63,295 nucleotides of DNA, filler included, from Rhabdomonas costata (GCA_019059605.1; 42 parts of 42 records of this genome joined end to end with filler, not necessarily neighbours in it); one strand, 5' to 3'. Positions 38,803 through 51,714 are shown, counted from the first letter of the whole stretch. Numbers and translations: made by a program. The notes: a model not told the origin generated them from the sequence alone.

Positions 38803-40763
38803 GTGTGGCTGGACGAGGTCGGAGGGTTGGGTGCAGCGTCTGACAGAAATTAGGGTTTGTGAAACCCAGGGATACCGAAAAGCGTACAAAAATTGATTTG
38901 AAAAGTAGTGAAAGATTTTGGCCAGAAGATGATGCAGTAGGAATTGACCTTCGGCATCGGGGGTGAGCTGGGTCATCGTTGAGTAATATTTTTCGCATGT
39001 GATAGTCTCCCCCCCCCCTGCATCTTCCCTGCAAAATATAATATTGCACAATACGTGAGCTTTATGTCCTTTATGCGTCCTTTATAACATTTACGACGTG
39101 CTTCGTTGCCCGAAATCGCTTGGTGTACCCCTGCGCAGCAGTGGGGGGGGGGGNNNNNNNNNNNNNNNNNNNNNNNNNNNNNNNNNNNNNNNNNNNNTTA
39201 ATTAATTAANNNNNNNNNNNNNNNNNNNNNNNNNNNNNNNNNNNNNNNNNNNNCCTCAACTACACGTGTCTCTACGTTAGCTTCTTCACCATAGGGTGCT
39301 TCCGCTCACTCGACCTTTGCATCGGCCATGAACCCACGGGCTGACTTCGGTGAGTTTCTGGGCGTATTTGGCTTGGATTTTCCAATGCTCATAACCACTA
39401 GGATGACGGTACACACACCCTACGCACGAACATCCTCCATCAACACAAGAAGCGGTGACACTCCTACGCATCCAGAGAAGGCATCAGGCAATCGGGGTGT
39501 GCCCTGACACCACACCACGGAGGATGGCAACCACAGCATTGGACATACAACAGGACATGCCCTTACTGTGCTCTCCACCACACCGGAAGTTGTTGGATCA
39601 ACATCAACATCGGGTCACAACAACAGCATCCAAGGTTGGGTGTACCAGGGGTGATGATGCTATGACCGTTTTTGAAGCCGTCACTAAGGGCAGAGTCCAC
39701 CACACCATCCTGACCCCAAGCAGAGGATTTAAGTGGTTGTTACGCCACGACCTAATGCAGAGGGTTGAAAATGGGTTGAAAAAGGGTTGGATTCCATGGC
39801 TTTACCACGACATGACATCACCACTTGAAGCGGAGGACTGACAGGGTTGTAACGCCCATGCCTACTCAACAAGAGATGACACCATTTTATGGCCCATAAC
39901 ACAACATCGCCTCAACTAGTCCATGGGATAACAGGGTGTGTTACGCCCAAACCATACCAGAGTTGGGTTGACGTTATGCCATGGTTGACCACACCCCAAT
40001 GTTGGCTTGGTACGGTACACACATAGAGGCTAAGTGTAACCATAACGCTCTATGCTACGGCCTACGCCAAAACCAACACTATGAGTCAGCACACACACGG
40101 ATACACTACTAATAGGATAACTAAGCCCCTACGTTGGCATACACGCATATCTATTGTGGTGCCAATGGCCATACAACAGTGTCCTACCACACTGCTGTAC
40201 CCTACTACTGCTATGGTTTACCATACCACGCGCTACCATGGTGGGTGAGGAACCATAACTTAAGCTACGGCTACACGTGGGATGCGGGATGGCGGTACGA
40301 ACCTCACGGCCGACTACCCGTCCTGTGCTTATCCCCCACGCATAATGTTGTAGATGAGGTCACACCACCTTGGCCACTACGCGTGACGTGATGACATGAC
40401 TCGCCTCACCCTCCCCCAGACTCTAAGGCGTAGCTGTAGGACTTGAGTAAGGATAACCTTACCGTTGATCCGAAGCCGTCCACTCTGGTAACAACACCCA
40501 AGGTCAGAATTCAAGAATACGTCGCCAACCCAAACAGAAGCACAACCAACGCATACGCTCACCACACAACATCTCACACGCTACACAACCCCAGTACTAC
40601 TCTCAACCCTACACAAGCATGCCGCTAAAAGATGGCAATCACACGCAACTACAACGCAACCCANNNNNNNNNNNNNNNNNNNNNNNNNNNNNNNNNNNNN
40701 NNNNNNNTTAATTAATTAANNNNNNNNNNNNNNNNNNNNNNNNNNNNNNNNNNNNNNNNNNNN

Positions 40764-41152
40764 GTGGGGGGGTAAACGTTACCAGTGGAAACGGTTACCG
40801 CTGGCAACAGAAACCTGGTTTAACGATTTGCTAAATTAACAAAGAAACGGCCGCATACAATATGCTATGTTGTATGTATAAATGCGAAATTATGTTGCTT
40901 TGCTGATTCCCTAGATGATTGTTTCTCGTTAAAAGATGAAAACTACTGCTGGCTAAGGGCTCGCCCATGCCTAGGATATGGGCGGACGAGTAGGACAGCA
41001 TTTCTTTAGGGGCTAGGGCCAGTCCGCGCCACGTCCGGAGCGGGCGGCTGGGGCGGGTACGTGACCTGGGGGCCTTTAACAACTTTTTTTAAAATAAGCT
41101 CCAGAAGTAAAAATCAGTTACCACTGGTAACTGGTAACCGTTACCCCCCCAC
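40764..41152. mobile_element. About 390-bp MITE-like element with G-run/C-run inverted ends
   Basis: GTGGGGGGGTAAACGTTACCAGT at the contig start versus ACTGGTAACCGTTACCCCCCCAC at about 41130-41152. Left flank is lost, so no TSD can be checked. Confidence 0.6.
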
Positions 41153-42358
41153 ACACACCCATTTCCATTGCACCATTGCACCCTGAAAGCGTACCTGAAC
41201 GACCCGTCAAGCCTGTGGAACCGTCTAATGAGGGATCTGGGGGGAATTGGGCCAACAGCTTTGCATGCCGAGTAACATCGTCACCAGCCGCAGCGCTGGC
41301 AGGGGCACCACTGTCAGGGCAATGCACACCCCGAGCAAACCTTGGCACACCATCATGGACTCCTTCCGGCGCTGCCAGGTCACCACTCTGACAACACACG
41401 AACACATCAACGTCCACACCCAAACAAAAGCGGGCTTGATTATTTTTCCACCAGCGCCCACCTGCCGCACGTTAACCTCCTCACAAGAAGCTTAGGTAGG
41501 GAACGCCGCTCAGTAAATCTTGGATCAGAACCCCCAACAAATCGGACTGGGAAAATAGACCGATCCCTGAAAAGGTTTGCAGAGCTGCCACAATTCTCCG
41601 CCGCTCTGCAAAACTTCCTTCGGAATCGCAGGACGCTGCGCATGGCGCACTCACATTTGGCACAGGCTCGCCTGGGCGCCACGTTCGCGCAATAAATCAT
41701 GCCCCCGAGGGCCCCACACCAAACCTCGTTTCACTTATCGCATGGTAAGCAACGGCAAAAGAGTGGGTGGCGAAGACAACTCGATAAGATGAGTGCAATA
41801 ATGAAGGAATCCAGTCCGTTTCCGCCTCCCTTCCGCATACTGCGAGACATAATCGAGCTTGTCGCAAAGATTCCCAAAATTATGTTGAAACTTGGCCATG
41901 GCTTTCGTCTTGTGCTCGAACTTCTCCACGACAGCAAACGTTCCGTCAAACAACTGTGCACATAACAGGAGAAAATATTTTCCTCGAAGGGTAGGGGGTC
42001 GGACATGTCCCATAGCTTTTCCCGAGCATGACTCCATAGGCAAACCGTAGCCACTTCCACTTCCACACAAACCATTTTTGGGCACCCGTTCAAATCGACG
42101 CAGACAAGGCGGCTGCTTTAGTGAGCGAAGCAAACACTCGCCAACCTTTTTCACACCGGCACACACCGGCNNNNNNNNNNNNNNNNNNNNNNNNNNNNNN
42201 NNNNNNNNNNNNNNTTAATTAATTAANNNNNNNNNNNNNNNNNNNNNNNNNNNNNNNNNNNNNNNNNNNNGTGGGGTGTGTCGTGTCGGTGTGGAGGTGA
42301 AGGAAAAAACCCGTTGGTTGGCACACCGTGTCAGTGATGATTTTGTTCTTCTATGTAG

Positions 42359-43520
42359 GTATTCACATCATCGATCTTCATCTTACGTGGCAGAAGCTGA
42401 TGCTGGCTGCCCGGATCTTGGTTGCCATTGAGAACCCCAAGGACATTTGCGCTATCAGCGCTCGTCCCTTCGGTCAGCGAGCTGTCCTCAAGTTTTCTCA
42501 GTACACTGGTGCCCACTGCATTGCTGGGAGGTGCTTGCTTTTTCATTTCCTCACAACACTTTGAGTTCTGCGACTTGTTTGCACTTTTTGGTGGTGACTG
42601 TTCAGGTACTGCCCTGGAACGTTCACCAATCACATCCAGGAGAAGTACCTGCAGCCCAGGATCATCATTGTTGCAGATCCCCGGACGGATCACATGGCTG
42701 TCAACGAAAGGTATTGACAAACTTCAGCAAGCGTGTTGGCGGAGAGGGGTTCAGGTCTTACCGTATAGCAGTGGACATACTGAGGAATCAACCGCAAAGT
42801 TTTGGAACGAGAACCCATCCCGTTCCTTAGATTGTAAGGTTTCCTGTCGCCACTCGTCACTTCTCGGAGACTGCCCGGCGAATGCCCGCTGCTGTTGTTG
42901 AATGAAATGGTGTGATGTACCTTAAAGCCAATGCAGTGCTGCAGAGCATCTAACCGATGGTCATGTGACTCACCCACTTCAGGCGCTGGCCTCAGAATAG
43001 AACTGCTGAGCTGTGCAGTGCTAGGTTTGCTGCCTCGGTTGTAACATTGGTTGCAACAGTGGAGTCAAATGGGTTGATATACCTGGCTTCAGCAATTGTT
43101 GTTGGGTTGAAAAGGTAAAGAACGAAGCTATAAACTGAATGAATGGGGAATTTGAGAGCTTGCTCGCTTTTGTGCAGCCATTCATGCGGCTGCATGGTGG
43201 AGAGTGAGGTTGAGCGTTTGCTTGCGCTTTCACAGCACCTTTGTTAACATTCCTGTGATCGGGTTCTGCGACACCGATTCTCCTGTGGAGAACGTCGACA
43301 TCGCCATCCCCTGCAACAACCGCGGTGCCAAGGTTTCCAATTGCTTCCTTTCTTTGACCATGGATGGAGGAGAGGGGGACGGGGTCCTTTTCAAGTTCTC
43401 TTGGTGCTTGCAGGCGATCAGCATGCTGTTTTGGATGCTGACCCGCGAAATTCTGCGGATGAGGGGTACCATTGGCCGTGCCACTCCCTGGGACGTCAAG
43501 GTCGACCTGTTCTTCTTCAG
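42359..43520 (+). CDS. RPSA: 40S ribosomal protein SA (uS2), four exons
   Basis: Exons 42359-42530, 42606-42710, 43236-43332 and 43414-43520 splice via GT-AG into [18 protein letters not shown]...[10 protein letters not shown]...DPRTDH...[13 protein letters not shown]...[10 protein letters not shown]...WDVKVDLFF. Confidence 0.97.
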
Positions 43521-43799
43521 GTCATGTGCGTTTCCCGCTTTGTCTCAGATGTTCACCACGAGATGCAGAGTCGAATTTTTGGAAACTGTAGAAATGAGCG
43601 TTTTTCACCAGTTTGCCACCCTACAGATCCCTTTCTCTGCCCTCGCCTCCCTCCACTTCCACCAAAACACACCCACCACNNNNNNNNNNNNNNNNNNNNN
43701 NNNNNNNNNNNNNNNNNNNNNNNTTAATTAATTAANNNNNNNNNNNNNNNNNNNNNNNNNNNNNNNNNNNNNNNNNNNNGTGTTGGGTGTGTGTGGTTG

Positions 43800-45150
43800 T
43801 GCTGGTGAGCAGCGTGCGCAGCTCGGCATCCCTCTCGAGGGGAAGGGAGGAGGTGGCCCCACCGCGAGAGGTGGTGCCCGTGCGGGGAGGCAGTGTGCGC
43901 GGCAGCAGGCCCACGTTGGAGGCCTGCGCGAACAGCGTGGAGGGATCGGAGGGGATCCCGGAGCCGCCCGAAAGGATCTGCGCAGAGGCTGCTGTGCAAT
44001 GGGCAAAAACAACACCACACACATGAACGCCAACAACACCCACAACCACTTCCATCAATCATAACCACCATGGCGGCCACAGGAAACGTACGCTCGCCCT
44101 CATGTCAACCCGTTCAAATCGAAAAAGGACCCGTTAGGAGGTTAGGAGGCTCAACGAGTCCCAAACCGGACACTCAAAGTTCAACGATTATACTTGATCA
44201 CGCGCGACATGCCACGCGACACAGGAAGGCACGGGGAAAGGACGACGGCACGGCTAGGCTCCCCCAACCACTCTCCATGCTCTACCCGCTACGGTTTCAT
44301 GGCATACCCCACCCCTCCACCGAGCAAAAAATTGTGGCGGTTTACTTCGTGCTATGGTGCACTTTCCCCACCACAGCAGGAAGCCGTTCTGGGGTGGCAA
44401 TGCTTTGACAGGCGTGTCCTTTATGCAGTGAATTCTCGAGCATCCACTCAACAACAAAATTTTGGTCCCATTACACTTTTCCTCGGAGCCGCTGACCTTT
44501 CCCTTCTTGGAATCTGGCTGCTGCAGAACGACAAGAAGACGACGACGACGGCCATTACATTCAGAGACAGAGAAATACTCCATATCCATGAAGAAGCGCT
44601 CCGTCCAAGAAACAGTTCTGCACTTTTGACTTACCCCCTTGGTAACCAAGCGGCTACACATGTGAAATACACAATTGTGTATTTCACATGGTGCCCAAGT
44701 AAGCACGGGGAGGGGGTTGGGGATGAACAACCCGAAAAGAACAGCGCGTGCTGTGCAGAAAACGCACGCATCCTCACGCATCCTTTGAGTGGGAGAGAGC
44801 CACGATAGCAGCGTCATCAGTTGTCCGGAGTCGTGCACTCAGGGCAAACAACCATGACAGGCAAATATGAAAAAAGAGCGAGCCAGCGAGCGAGAAAAAG
44901 AGACCGAGAGAAGGAGAGGTAGAGGTATAAGCAACCTGAGGTCGGCTCCCTGGAGCGCTGCGCGGCGGTCTTTCGTGGGGGATCCGCAGAGAAGGGAGAG
45001 CGCTGTGCGGGGCCATCCACAGGGGACATCCGTGTGGGCGGGGAAAGCGCGGGGCAGGACTTCGCGCGGTATGCCGGGGGCAGCGACTCCTCCCCCGCTG
45101 ACGGCATCACATCAAGCTCCGCCCCCTGCCGCCGCCTCCGCCGAGGTGCC
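43800..45150 (-). CDS. Probable exons of low-complexity Ser/Pro-rich hypothetical protein
   Basis: GC-rich open blocks at about 45150-44936 (AG/GT bounded) and about 43977-43800; no recognisable domain. Confidence 0.4.
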
Positions 45151-46798
45151 TGGGAGAATGTTGCACGGGAAAAGCAAAAAACAAAAAANNNNNNNNNNNN
45201 NNNNNNNNNNNNNNNNNNNNNNNNNNNNNNNNTTAATTAATTAANNNNNNNNNNNNNNNNNNNNNNNNNNNNNNNNNNNNNNNNNNNNTGTTTTTGTATA
45301 CACACTGAAATTTGCCGTTCAACGGATGTTCAACGGAGTCAATATGTGATGGCCTTCTGTGTGAGTATAAGGCGTCTTTCCACTCGCTCTGGCGTGTGTG
45401 AAGGCTTGGGTTATGATTTTACGGTTTGCTTGTATACCTTACACCCCGTCATGCCTTCCTATTGGGAAGGATTCGGTAAAGTCAAATTGAAATCGAACCA
45501 CAACGGAGCAGCCTGTGCATTCAGCAACGGATACGGGCAACAGACGGGAGACATCGCATTTTCACAGATGCCTTGCGTTTACTACTGGTACAAGGGAAAG
45601 CAGGGAGTGGAAGTAAGCTGAAAAAGAGGAGTGGGGAGCTAAGATGCCCATAGGAGCGATGGCAGGAAACGAGTGAGGAAAAGGTATGGGAGGGAGGATT
45701 GGAAAGGTGCAGGAGCATCCCAAAAATGGGAGAAACATCCAATCGATGTAAGGTATTCACATCATACCCCAAACTTCGGGAACGCCAAACACATGGACGA
45801 CTATAAAGGTGAGATAACACACACATTATAACACAAACCTCTGGAACGGAATAACACAAAAAAATGAAAACCGTAAGCATCAGGTATTGCGAGACCTATC
45901 CCCAAAGGAGAAACAAAAAATGAAATGCAGGGAAGCATGAATCTTCTGGTCTAGCAGCGCAGATACTGCACGTAGAAACCCGACGGGGCTGGCTGGGTTA
46001 CATCCGCGACTCTGAAAGACGATAGCAGGAGCTCATAAGCGAATACAGTAAAAACGACGCGAACACCCAAACCAATTCCCGACCAAAATCTAGCCCACGT
46101 CAACGCCACCTTTGTATTTCCACACGGTACGGCGCGTTGCGATGCGATTTTAAAAGCGCCCAACTGCAACAACTGCAACGCAGGGAAATACAAGAACATA
46201 TACACAAACCCACACCAAACACACCCATGTGTGTGTTTGCTGTGGTGGGCCAAATTGGCTGGAAAATAGAGGCCTGGTTTCATGCCCACTCTATTTTGGG
46301 CACTCACTCTCATTGGTGGTTCTACAGCAACTGCGTTCACTTGTCTTTGTTCCGTTTTGGCCAGTTCGCAATCTCCCCAAACATGTGCGAGGCTCCCGCA
46401 GTAAAAACATACCCTGTCAGATTACTCCTGGACTTTCGCTTCCTCCAGCCATGAAATTGCAAACTGTAAAGCTAGATCTCATTTCTATAGCATTATAGGT
46501 GGCAACCTGTGGCCTTTCTGTCGAATGTCTCGTCTTGTCTAGGTGAGGACCAGCGGCCTTCAACTTCTCGCCGTAGAATGGGGCCTATATTCTCGACCAA
46601 ACCACATATATACTCTTCCAAGAAATGCTCCTCCACAACTACCAAAAATTCGTCTCCCATCTGGCGAGGGCGTTCTAGCTGTGTTTATACCACCACCCNN
46701 NNNNNNNNNNNNNNNNNNNNNNNNNNNNNNNNNNNNNNNNNNTTAATTAATTAANNNNNNNNNNNNNNNNNNNNNNNNNNNNNNNNNNNNNNNNNNNN

Positions 46799-46923
46799 TA
46801 GGGTTAGGGTTAGGGTTAGGGTTAGGGTTAGGGTTAGGGTTAGGGTTAGGGTTAGGGTTAGGGTTAGGGTTAGGGTTAGGGTTAGGGTTAGGGTTAGGGT
46901 TAGGGATACGGTTAGGGTTAGGG
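46799..46923 (+). repeat. (TTAGGG)n telomeric-type array, about 18 perfect units plus a variant and 2 more
   Basis: Direct reading; the G-rich strand points into the unique sequence. Confidence 0.97.
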
Positions 46924-47071
46924 TTCCTGGCCGTGGGTACAATTCTAAAGTAATGCCTTATGTTTTTATAGAGAGGTTCTATGCTTTTTTTTTCTCAATT
47001 TGCAAGATATTCATGCTTTAAATACATAAAAAGCATAGGTCAATAAACTGTGCAGAAAAACGCTAGGGCTG

Positions 47072-47280
47072 CAATTGTCACCGCTGATGGAGCTCTTGGT
47101 CACCACCCCCAATTCTTTCTACATCCCTAGCAGCCCCCGTCTCAGGCACCTGTGACTCGTCATGAAAGCATTCACCGTCCAGGGAGCCACCACGGTGGGG
47201 GACAGACACTCCACCAGTACGTCCTCCGGGAAGGTGCTTGCACCGCCTTTCTGAGAGGAGGACCCGCCATCTGGTGAAGC
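47072..47280 (-). pseudogene. Possible decayed RNase H-like domain (retroelement-type)
   Basis: PDGGSSSQKGGA ... LRRGLLGM*KELGVVTKSSISGDN resembles RNase HI DG.....G.G ... GL..A..LG...L.I.GDS; internal stop. Confidence 0.4.
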
Positions 47281-48322
47281 AGCCGAGGCCGAGGCAAAGC
47301 CCCACTTCGAGGCTGCTAAGGCGGCTGCCCTTTGGCAATAGAACAAGGGCCCCAGGTGGTGCACCCACGGCGAGAACGCGGAGGAGCCTGCGGGGGTGTT
47401 TTTTGAGAGGGGAGGAGTGACGCAAAAACGGGATTCCAAGTAGTACCCAGCACCGCATAACAGCTCGACAGCGCTCCCCAAATGGAGGTGTTTCTGCTCA
47501 TGAGCATGCAAAGGTCTCGTGAATTTGCGATAAGAGGTTCCGGTGGAAAGCCATCAAGCCATCCATCAAGCGGTTTACGGGTGCTGACATGCTTAATGTG
47601 GAAAGAAGGTAAAGTTTCGAATAATGTCGTCACATACTGACAAGTCACGATCCAGCGACAACAGCTCGCTCCTGGAAAGTCAGCTCTCCACGTACCACTG
47701 GTACCCGTACCTTGTACCACTCCTTCCCCCTTACCCAAGTGTTAATTGGGGCCGTTCCCATCGATAGCAGCGTAAACATCAACCCTGCCCCTATCCCCTG
47801 CTCTCAACTTCGGTGGGCTGATCGGAAGGTGTCCTGGAGGTGGCTTGCCTGTGCATGCAGACTATCTAATTACTTGAATTACGCGAGGGCCAAGCGACCG
47901 AAACTGCGGCATTGCTTCTTGTGCAGGCCTTGGTTTTCCCCGAAGAAGCACCTTTTTGCGTTTTTGGGGCCTGCGCTGGAGTGGAGACCCAGTCGCCTCG
48001 ATCCCGCAACCACCGCACAAAAAACCAACAAGGCTGGCACGAGTGGCTCACAGGGATTCCAGAGGCAGGAACCTAGCGCGCCAGAGCCTCCGTTCCCCGA
48101 GGCCGCGCCCGAGGGCGCCAGCACGGAGTGCAGCAGGGCTTGCAGGGCCTCCGTGGGGTCGGGGATGTGCTCCACTCGGCCCGTACGGGAGGCCGGGGCG
48201 AGTGGAGCACATCCCCAACCCCNNNNNNNNNNNNNNNNNNNNNNNNNNNNNNNNNNNNNNNNNNNNTTAATTAATTAANNNNNNNNNNNNNNNNNNNNNN
48301 NNNNNNNNNNNNNNNNNNNNNN

Positions 48323-49719
48323 TGTTGTTGGTTTTTCTCACCTTCTTGAAAACCAAGCACGAGTTCAGCAGCAGCGTGCAAGTTGCTTTCAAGAAGGTGA
48401 GAAAAACCAAGAGCCCGAGTTGAATACTCAATGCTGACAGAATCCGCGATGCGTTGAATCAGCACAGGATAAAACTTCAGTGAAAACCAAGGAAGTGGCT
48501 TCGCACGAGAAAGCAGACTTCCACAGGTACTAAGACAACCCAAAGCCCAAGGCGATCCGTTGGATGCAATGGGCACGATCAGTGCCAATGCGTCACTCAT
48601 TTGCTTCAACAGAGCTGAATTTGGGTCGGAACAACACCGCACCAGCCATGACAATATAACCGCAGCATACTGCACTGCAATGAAATCTTCCCCAGGTGTA
48701 TCTGGTGGTTGAGTTCTGGCTGGAATGTCAGACTTTTCCCCACCACCAAATTCCAGCAAGGAGCAAATATTGCACATCATGCCGCTGACTTGTTCCAAGG
48801 ACCCGACTGACTCATCCCCCGGAACATCAGCTTTCCGAAGGAGATCCGGAGCAAAAACTGCTACACGCTGAAGCACTGCTAATATCCGGTAGAGTGTTTC
48901 CGCTTGAATAACTTTAGAGTGCTTCAAAAGAACCTGAGCACCGGTTGCAACAGCCAGCCAGAGGAAAAGCAGAGCGTCTTCAATGCCTGATGGCGTTCGC
49001 GCGTTGGGTGACAACATGTGGGAAACGCCCAGATGCGCGTTTATGTGTTTCGCATGTGGAAAAACGGCACTTGAGCGGCGGTTTAGGTGCAGACATCGAT
49101 GGACAGTACGGAGGAAGGCCTGCGAAGAGGATGCCGAGCCGTGAACTGGACCAGAGGCGTCTGATGAAAATTCATACAGTCGGTCAGCAATGCCATAGGA
49201 GACAGACGTTGAAGATGTTGCCACACTTTCACACTTCCGAACCTGGTAAGAGAGCTGCGAGAGCCGGGTGCCAACAAGAGAACACCCCAATATTTCAATT
49301 AGGTCAGCCATCTCATGTTGCACTGCAACTAACTCACTTGGTGGAGCTGATGAAAATGTGCTCAGCTTTTCGCTGCGACTGATAAGATATTCCTCCAAGC
49401 ATGGAAAGCATCCGCCTACAAGGTTTATACACAGCTGAAAGGGGCGGTGCTGCTCTGCCGCGGAAGCCTCCTGCGGCAATAAAATCCCCCAAAGCCGACG
49501 AGGAAAGATTCGGGCGATGCTCCAAGCAATTCCTAAGAGTGAGGAATACAGAGAGTTTGATTCTGTGCTTGTCGGACCGAAGAATTCAGGTGGCTGCTTC
49601 GAGTCCCCTGACATCAGGGCAGACACTAGTGTGCTCAAAGTCGCATCCAGAAGGACAGGCAAAGATTGCAGCATCAGCTTGGGCATGGACGCTTTCCACT
49701 GGGCAGCGCAGTGGAACAT
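48323..49719 (-). CDS. Long uninterrupted coding segment, hypothetical Leu/Ser-rich helical protein
   Basis: One frame is open across nearly the whole contig (about 465 codons); no motif recognised. Confidence 0.75.
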
Positions 49720-49903
49720 CGAACAACAAAANNNNNNNNNNNNNNNNNNNNNNNNNNNNNNNNNNNNNNNNNNNNTTAATTAATTAANNNNNNNNNNNNN
49801 NNNNNNNNNNNNNNNNNNNNNNNNNNNNNNNTTTTTTTTTTGCTGCTTGTCGTGGGCACAGTTGAGCTACACACCGCGTATACGAGTTGACTTTCATCGT
49901 CAG

Positions 49904-50838
49904 GAGAGACTCTCTCTGGCAAGCAACGGGATTTCGTCTCTGGCTCCTCTTCGCCTGCGAAGCATCAGCTTGACCTCTCTGAACCTGCGGTGCAACGCCC
50001 TCTCCAAGGTACTGTAGCGCGAAATTGCGTGGTGCTGCCGTACCCAGGAAACCCTCCGGAATGCTGTGGTGTTAGGCAAATGCTGAATGTTTTTTTTGAC
50101 ACACCTGCATTGCCGATGTGGGGAGGCGCCTGCAGGTGTGAAGTGCTCTTCCTTAGCATAACTTGGCTTGGATCGGGTTGCTTTGCTCAGCTTAGCTTCC
50201 GAAGGGTGGCGTTACAATTACAGGAATTTGTGTGTTATATGTCCTCTTCACTTTATCATAAGTGAGAAGTGTGTGGCGAAAGACCATTTCAGACTTGACG
50301 ACGAAAAACGAAAGATTGAAAAATAGAGATTTCTTACCCTGTTTGCTTTTTCGCATAGATTTTTTTTCCATGTTTTTATCACTGCAAGCCAGAAATTCTC
50401 AGATTTAGTGTGAAATAGTCCATAGATAAAGATTTCCGACCCCATGATTTTCATACATTAGACTACCTATTTATACACTTGAGAGTAGAAAGCATAAGAC
50501 ATACTCCTCATACCTTCTCTATAGGTTTATTTTTCTTCGCCATCTTTCCGTCGCTCATCACAGCTAAATGGCCTGGAGGAGCTTCCCAGCCTGACCCAGC
50601 TATGGCTGGGCCGCAACCGCCTGCGCACCCTTCATGGCCTGGGGTGCGCCTCTGTGCTGCTTCCTCCACCCTCAATGCGCGACGAGGGGGAAGGGGAGAT
50701 GCCCCCAAGGTCCACCGCGGAGGGCTGCCGGGGCTGCTCCGCACTGCGCGAGCTCCGTGCAGAAGAGAACCTGGTGAAGACCCTAGACGGGCTGCAGGGG
50801 CAACCCTCCCTGGAGTTGCTGGATCTCTCTAGCAACCG
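49904..50838 (+). CDS. SDS22-like leucine-rich-repeat protein, three exons
   Basis: Exons 49904-50008, 50564-50643 and 50710-50838: LSLASNGISSL, LTQLWLGRNRLRTL, LELLDLSSNR. Confidence 0.85.
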
Positions 50839-51533
50839 GTATGCGCGCAGCAGAGGCGGTGGTCAACGTGTGCGTGTGTTTCAATTTGGGATTTCCCTAC
50901 CCTCTCCTGTCTCAAGCCTTGCGCACGCGCAACCTTCACAGCTGGCAAGAGGTCGTGTGTGCTTTGCTCGGAACTTTGGAGAGCTCTTGGCGCAGATTTT
51001 GGTTTCACGGGCCACTTCTTTTCGGACGGAGGGAGCGAAAAACGTTCAGTACTGCAAAATGCTCACAAACTTCTAACGACCCTTTTATCAAGGGGAACAC
51101 ATGCACGGGATATCTGACCCCATTTTGCTGAATGAACCTTCGCCACCGCCCACCACCAGTCGTTTGACAATTCCAAACAAGGACGACAATATCATTACCA
51201 ACAACCTTAGCAGTGCCAAACGCCCCCAACACACCAAACCNNNNNNNNNNNNNNNNNNNNNNNNNNNNNNNNNNNNNNNNNNNNTTAATTAATTAANNNN
51301 NNNNNNNNNNNNNNNNNNNNNNNNNNNNNNNNNNNNNNNNGGGTGGTGTTGCAGTTCATCCAGAATGAAGATTGAGGCTGGCGCCTCCTCCAGCTAAGGA
51401 GAGTAGGACGCTTTCTGCTCGGGCCATGGGCAACGTCTGCCGTGGTTCAACCCTGGGACTCTGTTTGGAATCTCTCCCCTTCCGTGAAATAGCCAGCTAG
51501 CCTGAATCAATTTTTCAATTTGCAAATTTTCAG

Positions 51534-51714
51534 CTGGGGTACGGGCTGGGGCGAGAACGGCTACATCCGCATCCGCCGCACCCGCCATGAGCAGGACCGT
51601 TGTGGCCTGGACACCGACCCGAAGCAGGGCTCGGCGTGCGATGGGGAGGTGGGCAACGTCACGGTGTGCGGGACCTGCGGGATCCTCTCGGACAGTTCGT
51701 ACCCCTTAGTCTGA
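51534..51714 (+). CDS. Papain-family (C1A) cysteine protease, terminal exon
   Basis: SWGTGWGENGYIRIRR...CGILSDSSYPLV*. Confidence 0.93.

Noticed and set aside
39286..39471. GYEHW as a CRESS-virus Rep motif II, or an rRNA fragment
   Set aside because: No motif I/III or helicase, the frame stops early, and no conserved rRNA core was recognised.
41160..41480. Tyrosine-recombinase C-terminus (AALAGAP)
   Set aside because: No HxxR or catalytic Tyr context.
46799..46923. True chromosome end
   Set aside because: Orientation is wrong: a left end should read (CCCTAA)n on the plus strand.
46751..46942. TLTLTL ORF
   Set aside because: Translation of the telomeric repeat.
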